DNA of 62,988 bases, filler included, from Octopus bimaculoides (Eukaryota), in assembly GCF_001194135.2 (NCBI RefSeq). It is 8 parts of 8 records of this genome, joined end to end, with 100 filler letters (N's around TTAATTAATTAA, not from the genome) between each part and the next. Parts side by side here need not be neighbours in the genome. Positions count along the whole stretch, not along the records: positions 35,961 to 53,824 come from NC_069006.1; 7 more parts are not named here. The stretch is one strand, 5' to 3'. Positions 37,481-50,960 of this stretch are shown here, in pieces. A model generated the notes under the pieces. It saw only the letters and a program-made list of their open reading frames with translations, ran no database searches and had not been told where the DNA came from. Each line of letters starts with the position of its first letter. The first letter of the stretch is position 1. The position numbers were made by a program, and so were the translations under genes.

Positions 37481-38669
37481 GGACGGACGGAAAGCCAGTT
37501 GTTACTGTTCTTGAGATCAGACATAATTCGAACCAAAATATCGTAGACACCAAAGTGGTATTGATTCCATCTAGCTCGGTGACTAACGAAAATATTTAGA
37601 TTTTAACTTTTTGCAATGAACGGAACTATGGTATGGAAACATGCCATACATTCCAGCGATTAGTTTATTTCAAAAATATTATGTTTGTGTTTAAAATCCA
37701 AACACTTTAATGTAAACGTTCAGATTGCTTCGTCAGTATTTCATATCAGTGATTTTGCACAAGATGATTAAAATATATGGAGTGATGTCCTGGTTGCTAC
37801 CCAACGGTAGTAAATTGGCATCAGACAAAATGCCATGTGGTATTCAGCTTTGCCTCTTTACGTGCCGGTTTCGAATTCCATTGAGGTCAAATTTGTCTTT
37901 CATTCTTTTGAGGTTGATAAAATAAAGTACCAGGCAAGATGCTCTAAACTCCCTCCCCTTAAGATTTTGATTCTGCGCCGATGTTAGAAAACTTTATTAC
38001 ATAAACCAACTTTCGTCGAAAGATTATATATATTGAAGGCTGGAAGATTTAATTAATTAATTAATTAACTCTGTACATGAAATCACCGTAGAGAGGGGGA
38101 AGCATCAGGGAAAGGGTTTAACAAGTAAATATAATTTTGGGGATAGAGGTGATTATATGAGTGTCCGAAGATAAAAATTAGAATAGTGAAACTCGGAGTA
38201 ACAATTAACAATTTACAGCTTCATCCATCCATACATACATACATACATACACGCGCATGTTGAATTGACCGAAAGTAAGGAAGTGTTGGGGGGGGGGCAA
38301 ATATATATTTTTGTGTGTGTGTGTTTGAGTGTGTTTGTGCCTGTGTTTGTACCCCCGCCCACGCTTCACGACCGGTGTTGGTGTGTTTACGTTCCGTAAC
38401 TTAGTCCAGCAAAAGATACCGACAGAATAAATACCAGGCTCTGAAGAATAGGTATTGATAAATTAAAGCACTTTGAGGTGATGCCCCCAACACGACTGCT
38501 GTCCAATGACGCATTTAAATGAAGTATTGGACTCAATATGATTCATATGATAAAACACTTGAAAGTTTTGCGCCAGCATAGTCTCGTGGAAAACACAGAG
38601 ATCAAGCAAAAGTAATGTGACTCTAAGTAATTAGTAGACGAAGTGTTTTATTTGATTATATGGATCCCA

Positions 38670-38900
38670 ATACTTCATGTAAAGCTGGGCAATCAATTCC
38701 TATACGGTCTTTGAAAAACTTCGTAGCAGTGTTCGTCATTGGATGTTTCAGTACAGTTTTCAAATATAATAAGGAGCCCGGACAGTAAAAATAAATCGCA
38801 CCAAAAGGTCGTCTTAACGACCAAAACCGATTCAGATTTCCTTTGTTTTCTATGATAAAACTCTCTAAGCATTTTCGTCTTATATTCTTTTTTCCCCAAA
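38670..38900 (-). mobile_element. Possible Tc1/mariner catalytic fragment
   Basis: TFWCDLFLLSGLLIIFEN...TSNDEHC resembles V.VWC....GIIGPYFFE...TVN.ERY; heavily decayed. Confidence 0.35.
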
Positions 38901-39289
38901 AATTGATATATTTGTAAATTAGACGTGGCTGTGTGGTAAGAAGTTTTTCTTCTCAACCACATAGTTCAAGGTTCAATCTCGCTGCGTTGCACCTTCGACA
39001 AGTTTCTTCTGTTATATAGCCTTAGGCCGATCAAAGCTCTGAGAGCGGATTTGGTAGACGGAAACTGATAGAAACCCGTCATATATAGTTCTTAAATCTC
39101 TCTAAGAGATCAACGCAGTAGTTGTACTAATAAGTAATTTTCGTAGCCACTTTAACATGGCTGTACATTCGAGCGGACTCTACTTCGATTTTGTAAGCTC
39201 AAGGGGACATCTCTTCTTGCTGGTTAACAATATACAGCTGCATCTGATAAAACTGAGAGTAGGGGAGCGAACCCCTACCATCTCCTAGC

Positions 39290-39364
<75 letters not shown>

Positions 39365-39559
39365 CTGTCTGTGCTTGTCACCACCACTGCTTGATAGGTG
39401 GTGATGGTGTGTTTGCGTCCCCGTAACCTAGCGGTTCGGCAAAAAAGAGACCGATAGAATAAGTATCAGGTTTAAAAAATAAGTGCTGGGATCAATTTTG
39501 TATAACACCTTTTCATTCACTGAAAGTGAAAGGTCTTCCAAAATTATTTTTTCAGAATG

Positions 39560-40030
39560 TTGAATACAATAAAAATACCATAATGGACTCGTCTGAATGA
39601 GACTTTGTACAGGCCTGCCATGTTCCGTTCCTAGTATTAGTGGTGCCATGCGTGAGATTCACATTATTAGATTTAATATTCCCATCAGTATTATTGACCA
39701 GGTGTTTTAACTGTGGGTCAAAAGGACACATTAGGTCCGAATGTAAACCTAAGGAAAAACAAGGAGAAGAAGGGGAGAGTTGGAAGAGAATACGAAGGCA
39801 CCGCCACCACCAGAAGAGAATACAACATCAAAACTAACAATGGAGTGCGAAACAACAGAAGAAAGTGAAGCCAATGACAGAAAGGTGGGGGTCGACTGTG
39901 GAAAAAAAAAAAAAAGAAAAACATGGACCACTCCTTCCAAAGTAATTACAAAAAAAAAAAGAAAAGAAAACATGTGCATGGCCATTAAGGCAAATAACAA
40001 TAGACTCCTAAACCGTTTAGCAGTTATCCC
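39560..40030 (+). mobile_element. Retroelement ORF1/gag-like fragment with CCHC zinc knuckle (Tx1/L1-like?)
   Basis: CFNCGSKGHIRSEC (39703-39744) is an exact C-x2-C-x4-H-x4-C, followed by low-complexity acidic/basic ORF 39780-40100 and interrupted by a SINE. Confidence 0.6.
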
Positions 40031-41879
40031 ATCTTATTTCTTTATTGCCCACAAGGGGCTAAACATGGAGGGGAAAAACGAGGACAGACAAAGGGGTTAA
40101 GTCGATTACATCGACTCCAGTGCGTAACTGGTACTTAAAATATCGATCCTGAAAGGATGAAAGGCAAAGTCGACCTCGGCGGAACTTGAACTCAGAACGT
40201 AAAGACAGACGAAATACCACTAAACATTTCGCCTGGCATGCTAACGTTTCTGCAAACTCGCTGCCTTATTGGCAGTTAACCCATCTGCCAAACGTGTCGA
40301 TAAAAACTCATCCAAAGACTTTCTCATTTACAACATCGGCCGGAAGGATTACAGATGGATTAAGTTTTTGAGTTCTTCNNNNNNNNNNNNNNNNNNNNNN
40401 NNNNNNNNNNNNNNNNNNNNNNNNNNNNNNNNNNNNNNNNNNNNNNNNNNNNNNNNNNNNNNNNNNNNNNNNNNNNNNNNNNNNNNNNNNNNNNNNNNNN
40501 NNNNNNNNNNNNNNNNNNNNNNNNNNNNNNNNNNNNNNNNNNNNNNNNNNNNNNNNNNNNNNNNNNNNNNNNNNNNNNNNNNNNNNNNNNNNNNNNNNNN
40601 NNNNNNNNNNNNNNNNNNNNNNNNNNNNNNNNNNNNNNNNNNNNNNNNNNNNNNNNNNNNNNNNNNNNNNNNNNNNNNNNNNNNNNNNNNNNNNNNNNNN
40701 NNNNNNNNNNNNNNNNNNNNNNNNNNNNNNNNNNNNNNNNNNNNNNNNNNNNNNNNNNNNNNNNNNNNNNNNNNNNNNNNNNNNNNNNNNNNNNNNNNNN
40801 NNNNNNNNNNNNNNNNNNNNNNNNNNNNNNNNNNNNNNNNNNNNNNNNNNNNNNNNNNNNNNNNNNNNNNNNNNNNNNNNNNNNNNNNNNNNNNNNNNNN
40901 NNNNNNNNNNNNNNNNNNNNNNNNNNNNNNNNNNNNNNNNNNNNNNNNNNNNNNNNNNNNNNNNNNNNNNNNNNNNNNNNNNNNNNNNNNNNNNNNNNNN
41001 NNNNNNNNNNNNNNNNNNNNNNNNNNNNNNNNNNNNNNNNNNNNNNNNNNNNNNNNNNNNNNNNNNNNNNNNNNNNNNNNNNNNNNNNNNNNNNNNNNNN
41101 NNNNNNNNNNNNNNNNNNNNNNNNNNNNNNNNNNNNNNNNNNNNNNNNNNNNNNNNNNNNNNNNNNNNNNNNNNNNNNNNNNNNNNNNNNNNNNNNNNNN
41201 NNNNNNNNNNNNNNNNNNNNNNNNNNNNNNNNNNNNNNNNNNNNNNNNNNNNNNNNNNNNNNNNNNNNNNNNNTTCATTTTATTTATTTTTGTGTTAAAT
41301 TTTTAAAGGCTTGTTTTTGTTGTTTCATCCGTTTTTCTGGCCCCAACAATCAGAATGTATTGTCCCTTCTATGTTGGCCCCTAGTGGGTAATTTTAAATT
41401 GCCTATGTATTTATGAATGTTTTTATATATTTTTAAATATCTAAGTGTTTTTAAATATTCTATGTGCTTGTGTTGTGACCTCTAAATTTTTATTCCTCTA
41501 TAGTATAATCATATGAATTTATAATTCACTATGTCTTATATAATATCGCTGTTTTTATATCTTATTATGTGTATATTTTGTATTTATTTTATTTATATAT
41601 TTTAAAAAATGCCTATGTATTCATAAATGTTTAAAAATATTTTTAGATATTTGTGGGCTTATAAAAATATGCATATGTATATATGCTTGCATGTTATTAA
41701 TACTTCTATTAAGTTGAGCTTTATGTCGCTTTATTGATGTCAAAGTAAGTGTGCATATATATATTGAATATTTTGCTGGATAATAGGTCATGTCGCTCTA
41801 GTTTTCTGCTCGTATTGCCTCCACTCAAAATATATATTATACATACATATTGACACACGCAAACACACACATATGTATG

Positions 41880-41923
<44 letters not shown>

Positions 41924-42941
41924 GTACGTTCACGAGCAAGTGTTCAAGGGGTTGGTAGAGGAAGCAGATGGATTGGGAGGATTGGGGTAGAAGATGCTCC
42001 AGTCTAACTTGTGGCAAATAGATGTACAGTGTCTTCAATTTCCATCTTCGATTATTGTAAAGTTTCCTGCCTTTATGGCTGTGTCCTACCGCCACCCATG
42101 AATACAGAAAAGACTCGTCTGTTCTCTACTCGTCAATGAACTTTATTATTCCAGATACTACACATAAGTAATATCACGAAACCATTTTATCCCTCTCTCG
42201 ATCGTCAATCTGCTGCAATTCATTTTCCAAGCATGTTTACTTATAGAAGTCAACTGACCTTTATCATTTCTCGACTAATAAAAAAAAAAATAGCAGCCAA
42301 ATCTCTCTCGACTGACACGCTATCGTTGTAAATAAGGGCACATTGGTTAATGTAATCTAGGGGCACATAACATTTGAAAAACGTATTTGGGTGGTTAGGG
42401 CCGGAATACCTTGGACCATTAGGTCTGTGTTATCAGACAACAACAGCCGCAATAGCAGCCACTGCAACAGAACTCGTAAGGGTAACAATATATCCAGTTC
42501 AGGACAACCTGTACAAATCCTGCATTGATGTATTAACTCCGAACAAACTTATCTATTACACTCATTAATATTGTATTTTAAATCAGAAGCTATTACTTGT
42601 AGGCAGTGAACTGCCACAATATCGAGAGCGTTGGACGAAATGCCATACAGTATTTCTTCCGGCTGTTTACGTCTTGATTTCAAATTATTTTTTGGAGTTT
42701 GTTAAAATAATGTAGCAGTCAAGTTAAGTCCTCTCCCCCCTCTTTTTCTTGGTACATACAGTCTGTATATAATTATTTTTTTTTTCTGTCGTCTTCCTTT
42801 TTCTATTTTTTTCTTTCTTTCTGCTTGTTACAAAACTTAAAAACTGATGATGTCATTCCATCAACGAATGGACGCTGGTTACTCTCGTTCATAGTTTACG
42901 TTTAGGTTTCTGAAATTTTGAATTTTTAATCACCTTTTGTT

Positions 42942-42984
42942 TTGAACTTGACAAAGACAGACGTGCTGTCGAAATATTGTTCAA
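42942..42984 (+). ncRNA. Decayed minimal type-I hammerhead motif (second family)
   Basis: Stem I ttgaac/gttcaa, stem II GACAG/CTGTC, GAAA and palindromic stem III AATATT are all intact; core reads TTGACAA instead of CTGACGA (two transitions). Confidence 0.6.
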
Positions 42985-43384
42985 CGAATAAAACATCTAT
43001 ACAATCGAATCGCGCTCTTCTTCTTGACTATTTACCTTCGTGAAGAGTTACGTCAATCCTTTTAAAAATATTATTATTATTATTATTATTGTTATTATTA
43101 TTTACTTTTAATCTGCGTGTTTGTTACAATCACTCGCCGAGACGCACCCAGCGTTCTAGGGCGAGTGAAGGATAAAAGATGTTACAGTATGACTGCAAGC
43201 TTGGGGAGGAGAAATGGCAGGGGCAGTAGCGAAATATCTTCATGTAGTACAACGCAGACATTTAAATAGAAAGGGTTTTTCTAAGGATGTGGGCAGTACT
43301 TGTCAGCATAATCTTTTGGATTTCTCTGAGACATGGTTCTCCTTGAATCTTATCAAGATGCTTTTGACATCCCTTCTTTTTTTA

Positions 43385-44650
43385 TCATACCTATATATAC
43401 TTGTTAGTCCTGGTGCTTTTGTTATGCATTTGTCTGAATATTCTTTTATCATACCCAATGCGCCTTCTTCGAGTTACCTCTATTTCCAGGTCTTTGTATT
43501 TTGAAAGTTTCTCCGTGTCTTTTAGAGAAACATTTTCCTCTGTTGGTATTGATACATCGATTAGAAAGCATTTTTTTTTTTTTTTTGGGTGATCTCTGAC
43601 AACTATATCCAGCCTATTGGCCTTAATTTCTCTATCTGTGTGCATTGGCATAACCCAGAGTATGGTTGCTTTCTCATTTTCTGTGACCTTTTCTGGGGTG
43701 TGCCTATGCCATCTTTTTTCTGTTGTTTTTCCATACTGTTGGCAAAGCTTCCAGTGTATATAAGCCCCAACTCTGTCGTGTCTGTAAATATATTCCTTCT
43801 TACCCAGGACTGGGCAGCGAGAGATAATATAATTTATTGTTTCTTCTCCATCTCCATATATTCTACAATTACTTGTATTTCTTTTCATTACATGCTTTTA
43901 GTAATTTCTGGTGGGAAGGCTTTGATCTTGTGTTGCAATTAAAAATCCTTCAGTTTCTGCTTTGAGACCTGAGCTTCTCAGCCATTGTTTGGATTTTGCT
44001 TTGTCTAATTCTTTTCTGCTCAGTTTAACCCAGTATTTGCCACGAATGGGCTTTTCTTGCCTTCGTTTTATCATAATCCGTTGCTGTTCCAGTTTTAGTT
44101 TGGATTTCAGTTGGTACTATGACTTCTTTTTTTGTATTTGTCAGCTTCCTTAAAGACAGAAAACAGCTTCTTGTTTTGTTCGTGTTTTGTAGTTAATTGT
44201 GTTAGTTTGCCTTGCTTCTGTAGGTATTTCTGTAGTCCTATGGTAGTTATTTCGTAATAGTTTTCTAGCTGTATAAGGCATCTACCACCTTTGATACGTT
44301 GTATATATAACCTTTCTAAGTCAAATTTTGGGTGGTGCATCCTAAATCTTGTCACTATTTTTCCTGCTTTCCTCTCTATTTTGATTAGATCATTTGTGTA
44401 GCTATAACTTATAACCGGGATGGCTAGAGTGTTGATACCTATTATCTTGTTTTTCGCATTGAGCTCTATTTTTAGTATTAATCTAACTCATCTATAACAT
44501 TCTTTTCTTATCTTCTTTTTCATTTGTGTATGCTGTATCGTGTCTAGTTCATTGACTCCTAAGTATTAGTATGTCTGGCTTTGGTCTAATTCTCTTATTT
44601 CATTTGCTTTATCTAGTGTGATGTTACTACTCTTAACTAGTTTTCCACTT
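43385..44650 (-). mobile_element. R4/Dong-like RLE LINE: RT thumb, zinc finger and endonuclease
   Basis: LGVNELDTIQHTQMKKKIRKECY; MHHPKFDLERLYIQRIKGGR; CRIYGDGEETINYIISRC (decayed CCHC); RLDIVVRD...CFLIDVSIP...KLSKYKDL (PD-(D/E)xK). Confidence 0.92.
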
Positions 44651-45127
44651 TGGCCAATCCCTAATCAACTTCTTAAAGTTTCACTCGAAAAGGAAAATAA
44701 GTGTTGTCTTGTAGCCAGTAAGTGGTGAGGATGCTGCGAGTGAACCGGCTTGCCCTGAGCATACGCCTGTAGTTGGAAAAAAAGGAAACTACGCCAAAAG
44801 CCAGGGAACCCATGGTTTTTTATGGGGTTTTTCCATAAACAGCACTCGAACGTCTCCTCCGTATTGAGGATTACACATTGTTGATTAAAAAAAAATTTGT
44901 TAGTCTTGTTTACATGCAAAACCCTCACAACAATACACAACACATTTTTTTATTTTGTCCTGTACACTCCATAATGTTTTTCTTAATGTAAACCTTTGTA
45001 GTTAATAAAGAAATTATTATTATTATCATTATTATTATTATTATTGAGTGAGAGAGCAGTGCATGCCATCAAAGTGACACTGAGGTAAAATATACGAAGC
45101 CCATTATACCCATCATGACTACTTGTC

Positions 45128-45159
<32 letters not shown>

Positions 45160-45161
<2 letters not shown>

Positions 45162-45660
45162 TAGTTTTATTTTTATAACGTGCTTTCAGTTCACTACCGA
45201 GCACAGCTCTGTGTGCCTTGGGTATGTGCTGTGGTTTGCTGTGATGCTCTTATGGTTACTGTATTGAAAGTGTTTTGCGTAGGATGTGTGCAGTGCCTAG
45301 TAGTGCTATTTTCTGTATGTTATATATATTTGTAAGTCCTGGTGTTTTTGTTATGTATTTGTCTGAATATTTTTTTAATTATACCTAAGGCACCTACTAT
45401 GATAGGAATTGTTTCTGTTTTTAGATTCCACATTCGAGTTACCTCTATTTCCAGGTCTTTGTATTTTGAAAGTTTTTCTAATTCTTTTAGGGAAACGTTG
45501 TCATCTGCTGGTATTGATACATCAATTAGAAAGCATTTTTTTTACTTCATGATCTTTGACAACTATATCTGGTCTATTGGCCTTAATTTCTCTATCTGAG
45601 TGTATTGGCATATCCCAGAGTATGGTTGCTTTCTCGTTTTCTGTGACCTTTTCTGGCGTG
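45160..45660 (-). mobile_element. 5'-truncated copy of the same R4/Dong-like LINE, flanked on both sides by (AAT)n
   Basis: TPEKVTENEKATILWDMPIHSDREIKANRPDIVVKDHE...; complete 3'UTR running into an AAT tract; 5' junction inside aataataat. Confidence 0.9.
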
Positions 45661-47114
45661 TTATTATTATTATTATCATTATTATTATTAGTAGTAGTAT
45701 TATTATATATTTGACTTTTGCTTTGTATTTGTACAAGTTGACTCCAAGTCTCACCCAGAGACCTCAAATGAGAACATGCCTCGCTGGCATGTTTTTAAAT
45801 AGGTGTAATCAAATTTGAATCTAGACAGCTAATCGCCAAGAACAATAAAAGATTATCAGGTGAGGAATGCAACAAAGAATTATTAGTTTTAAAACTCTCT
45901 TCGATAAATCGACTTTGATCTGTGGGAAAAAAAATTAAAGTGTTTATTTATTAATTTAAATAACCGACTTGTAGAAAATGATGGTTTCACATTCTCCATC
46001 ATTGTGAGTTCACTTCCGGTCTCTCCATCTTTCTGAAATACGCCATTTTATGCTTGCACTATATTCTTTTGTGCTTGTCAATGGTCTCTGTGTTTTTGAG
46101 TTTGAGTTGTGCGTGTGTGTGTATGTGTGTGTGTGTGTCAGTATGTGGGTATGCGCATGCGTGTTTCTGTATTTATAATTATAATTATCAAGTTTTAGTA
46201 GTGAAGGAAGTATTTTGCGTCTTTTCGCTTGCCTTTCGTGTTCATGTGTGCGCACACACATACATACATATATATATATATACATACANNNNNNNNNNAT
46301 ACATACATACACATATGTACATACACACATATATATATATATACACACATATATATATATATATATGTATGTATATGAAAAATTTCTCTTGATTAAAAGA
46401 GAATATCGTTTATTGCTTTGCTACGTTTTTTGTTTTCAATGTTTTCGTATATTTGGAAAGATATCCGTGAAACACCCGAGTTGAATTGATCAAGGCAATA
46501 TATTTAAAGAAAAAAATTGTCTCTTGAGAAATTCATTGTCAATAATTAATAGTTTGGTGATTGTTCACGAGAAAATTTAACATCTTCCTCAAGTCAGCTG
46601 ACATTGGCGTTGGTCTGGAAAATTACTCGACTTGATTGAATCGTAGAAATCCTTCAATTGAATGTCGATGTTTACCTGCAATAATAAACAGAAAACACAA
46701 TAGTTTAGTAGAAAATAATGTTGATCGTGTTCTTTCTTTATATATGTGTGTGTTATGTGCGTCTTCGTACAATAAGTACGAGGTCTTTAAAAAAAAAAAA
46801 AAAGAATTGGGGACAATTCGTTTGACTAAAAATGCTTCAAGCCGGTATCCCAGCATGTAATAGCAAGAACGGGGGAGGAAGAAAAAGAATGAGTAAGGCA
46901 AAGTGAGTGAAAGGGGGAGAGGAAAAAAAAAAGAGAGCGAGAAAGAGAAAGAGAAAGAAAGAGTTTCAAGTTGTTGCGCTTTGTAATCGATCACATTCGT
47001 AGCGCTGCGCCAATGGCGACGAAGGAAATGTTTCGATGGCTCATAACATTTAAACGTTAATAGGTGCCATGAGTATGAAAAGTAGAGCAACTATTGATAA
47101 ATGACATGAGTTAC

Positions 47115-47215
47115 CTTGTAGTGTCGAGTTCAAGTCCTGGGGGTAGCTTCTTGTTGGTGTAGAAGGAAGAGTTTTTGTATTTCTGAAAAAACTGAAGTTT
47201 TCTTCCATAACTCAT
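47115..47215 (-). CDS. Candidate first coding exon of an unidentified gene
   Basis: Two ATGs (47215: MSYGRKLQFFQKYKNSSFYTNKKLPPGLELDTT; 47208: MEENFSFFRNTKTLPSTPTRSYPQDLNSTLQ), both open to an AAG|GTAACT donor at 47115/47114, downstream of a pyrimidine-rich leader and promoter-like motifs. No homology recognised. Confidence 0.35.
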
Positions 47216-47533
47216 GACAAGTCAGTTTTCAAATATTGCGCTGACGACCACCCAGACAGAGAGAAAGTGGGAGAGAGAGGGAGAGAGAAAGAGAGAGAAA
47301 GAGAAGGAATGAAGGAGAAGATATGGAGTAAGAAAGAGGTTGTGGAGAGGTGTTGAATGTCTTGTTGGGCAACAAGAAACTATCAACAGTCAATCAAACA
47401 ACTATAGTGTTGTTATAGATAGCTATTCAGGATGGGGGGTGGGGAAGTAAGCACAGTGTGAGTGAGAGATAGATTGAAATATAGTTAGAAAGAGAGAGAG
47501 AGAGAGGAGCATTTGTAAGAGATATTAAGTAAA

Positions 47534-47567
47534 AAGATGGCGGCTGGCTGAGAGAAGGTCACGTGAC
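47534..47567. promoter_or_regulatory. YY1 consensus plus palindromic E-box (USF/TFE type)
   Basis: AAGATGGCGGC at 47534-47544 and GTCACGTGAC at 47558-47567 in unique sequence. Confidence 0.45.
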
Positions 47568-47798
47568 TGTCGGCACAATGCAATTCGAATCTGAGCTTTT
47601 ATTCTCCTCGCTTCTTTCCTTCAGTTATTTTTCGCTTGAAGTGCACACACACACACGCACACGCACACGCACACACGCACACGCACACATGCACACACGC
47701 ACGTTCGAGCACGCACACACACGTCTACGATTCTCGTTTCGCTTACCCTTTTTCTCTCACATGTTTCTCTTCCTGTTTATACATGATAGCTTTACAAG

Positions 47799-47847
<49 letters not shown>

Positions 47848-48106
47848 NNNNNNNNNNNNNNNNNNNNNNNNNNNNNNNNNNNNNNNNNNNNNNNNNNNNN
47901 NNNNNNNNNNNNNNNNNNNNNNNNNNNNNNNNNNNNNNNNNNNNNNNNNNNNNNNNNNNNNNNNNNNNNNNNNNNNNNNNNNNNNNNNNNNNNNNNNNNN
48001 NNNNNNNNNNNNNNNNNNNNNNNNNNNNNNNNNNNNNNNNNNNNNNNNNNNNNNNNNNNNNNNNNNNNNNNNNNNNNNNNNNNNNNNNNNNNNNNNNNNN
48101 NNNNNN

Positions 48107-48143
<37 letters not shown>

Positions 48144-48392
48144 TCATATACTCACACACACATATTCATGCAAACATGTATATGTATGAATATGCGTGTA
48201 ATTATCAGAAAATTTCGGTTAATACCACGTATACATACGTACATATATAATATATAAAACACGTATTCACATGTACATCTATATACACATATGTTTGTAT
48301 GTTTGTATGTATAGAGAACATCGTTTAATAACAAACAAGTGTATTATGTACACATTTGTTTTCCTATATACACATACGTGTGCGTGTAAGTG

Positions 48393-48431
<39 letters not shown>

Positions 48432-49583
48432 GACATTTATATATATATATACACATGTAGGTATATGTAGATATGTATGTGTGTAATAGTATGTATACAT
48501 ATGTATATGTAAACACGCAAACAATCATTGTGTATGTGTGCAGACATACGCACACACATATGTATGTATGTACATATATATTTTTATATACACACACACA
48601 CACACACACACANNNNNNNNNNNNNNNNNNNNNNNNNNNNNNNNNNNNNNNNNNNNNNNNNNNNNNNNNNNNNNNNNNNNNNNNNNNNNNNNNNNNNNNN
48701 NNNNNNNNNNNNNNNNNNNNNNNNNNNNNNNNNNNNNNNNNNNNNNNNNNNNNNNNNNNNNNNNNNNNNNNNNNNNNNNNNNNNNNNNNNNNNNNNNNNN
48801 NNNNNNNNNNNNNNNNNNNNNNNNNNNNNNNNNNNNNNNNNNNNNNNNNNNNNNNNNNNNNNNNNNNNNNNNNNNNNNNNNNNNNNNNNNNNNNNNNNNN
48901 NNNNNNNNNNNNNNNNNNNNNNNNNNNNNNNNNNNNNNNNNNNNNNNNNNNNNNNNNNNNNNNNNNNNNNNNNNNNNNNNNNNNNNNNNNNNNNNNNNNN
49001 NNNNNNNNNNNNNNNNNNNNNNNNNNNNNNNNNNNNNNNNNNNNNNNNNNNNNNNNNNNNNNNNNNNNNNNNNNNNNNNNNNNNNNNNNNNNNNNNNNNN
49101 NNNNNNNNNNNNNNNNNNNNNNNNNNNNNNNNNNNNNNNNNNNNNNNNNNNNNNNNNNNNNNNNNNNNNNNNNNNNNNNNNNNNNNNNNNNNNNNNNNNN
49201 NNNNNNNNNNNNNNNNNNNNNNNNNNNNNNNNNNNNNNNNNNNNNNNNNNNNNNNNNNNNNNNNNNNNNNNNNNNNNNNNNNNNNNNNNTGTCAGAGTAA
49301 TAATAAATAGACGATGGTTAAACGTGTCTGAAATGGAGAGGAATCCGGATGAAAGTAGAACGTTGGCTGGCTGGTTGGTTGGCTGGCTGGATGGTTGGGT
49401 AGTTGGTTATTGTGTTGGTGGATCACTTTACTATCCGAAAACATCGGCATACGATCATACATAAACGTATATACACACATACGTAAACGTATATGCATAT
49501 ATATACACACAAATATATACAAACATACGCATACGTATGCATACATATCTAGATTCATACATATATATTTATATATGTAAACG

Positions 49584-49626
<43 letters not shown>

Positions 49627-49649
49627 CAAACACATGCATATGTATACAT

Positions 49650-49690
<41 letters not shown>

Positions 49691-49893
49691 AGAGGTTGGG
49701 GTATCCTGAAGACCAAAAATGGTAGGTGAGGCTATGTAAGTGCTACGAAAGGGCCGTAGTCAGATTCCCGGTTCGATAATAGTATGAGTGAGGAGTCTAA
49801 TGCAGGTCGTGTGTGAGAGCATGTATATATTAAATAAAAAGAGACGACAAAGCCAAGGCTGTGTGAAATTTCTGGGACATTTGTAAAGAGAGA

Positions 49894-49945
49894 CGTCCTT
49901 ACAGCTGTTTCAGGGATATGAGGGATATCCCTTCATCACAGACGA
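49894..49945 (-). ncRNA. Minimal hammerhead motif (third family), one core substitution
   Basis: cgtct GTGATGA AGGGATAT ccctc ATATCCCT GAAA CAGCTG TA aggacg: 8-bp stem II, palindromic stem III ACAGCTGT, C3 changed to G. Confidence 0.6.
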
Positions 49946-49993
49946 TATGAGAGTTATTGAACTCTATTATTTCTCTCTATTTAACTGTCTCTG

Positions 49994-50033
<40 letters not shown>

Positions 50034-50321
50034 CATACAAGCACACACGCACACATTCGCACAGAAAAAGCGAGGGAGAGAAAGAGGGGAATTTGAGCTC
50101 AGAAGTATGGCCGAATGATTGAGTCGGTTGCTTCGCAACCACGAGGCACTGAAATCGAGCATGCACACATGCAAACATACATATATACATACATACATAC
50201 AGTCTGACCGGCGTCTGATATGACTTTTTAAACCAGACATTTTGAAAAGACACCCACATAAATTGCATATCTGCTTTGGACCACCAATATATATGTATAT
50301 ACATATATATATATACATACA

Positions 50322-50357
<36 letters not shown>

Positions 50358-50667
50358 TACATATATATGTCAGTAAATAGTGGGGTTGTGTATATATATA
50401 ACCACTCTCTCTATCTACCTCCACTTCCGGTCACTTCAGCCATGAACCACACGCGTGCTTTTCTCGGATTATTCTTTTCCTTCTCTCTGGACTTCTTTTT
50501 GACGAAGAGCAATACTCGAAACGTCATCTCCACCTCTTTTATCATCTTAAGCTGAGTGTCACCTAATACATTCAGTGCGTACCACCTTTTCACTTATGTT
50601 TTTGTTTTTATTTTTGCTTTTATTTTTAATTTGCCTTTATACATACATACATACATACACACATACA

Positions 50668-50960
50668 TACGCTGAACTATTGAGAAACCCGCAGTTATTC
50701 TATCCAGATTACAGGGGGCCCTGGGATATGTAACACATTGCCTAGATACTAATCTTGAGAAATTAAGCTCCTCAAAACCAGAAAGGAGAAAGCTAATTCG
50801 AAGACAAGAAATCCAATCCATCACTGGAACTGTAAAAACCTGTAAAACTTTCCAGAAGTTTATCATTTAAATATATATGAGCATGTCTAGATATGCAAGT
50901 ATATGCATGAGAATACATACATAAAACAAAACATACAAATCTGCACATATATACGTACGT
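50668..50960 (+). mobile_element. RLE-type LINE 3' end embedded in (TACA)n
   Basis: GALGYVTHCLDTNLEKLSSSKPERRKLIRRQEIQSITGTVKTCKTFQKFII*, an IG.LG...Q...I.GT..I C-terminus; TACA tracts on both sides. Confidence 0.7.

Noticed and set aside
50190-50290. C2H2-like peptide ICNLCGCLFKMSGLKSHIRRR between TACA/TA tracts
   Set aside because: About 30 codons, no splice signals, second His missing; at best a LINE N-terminal fragment.
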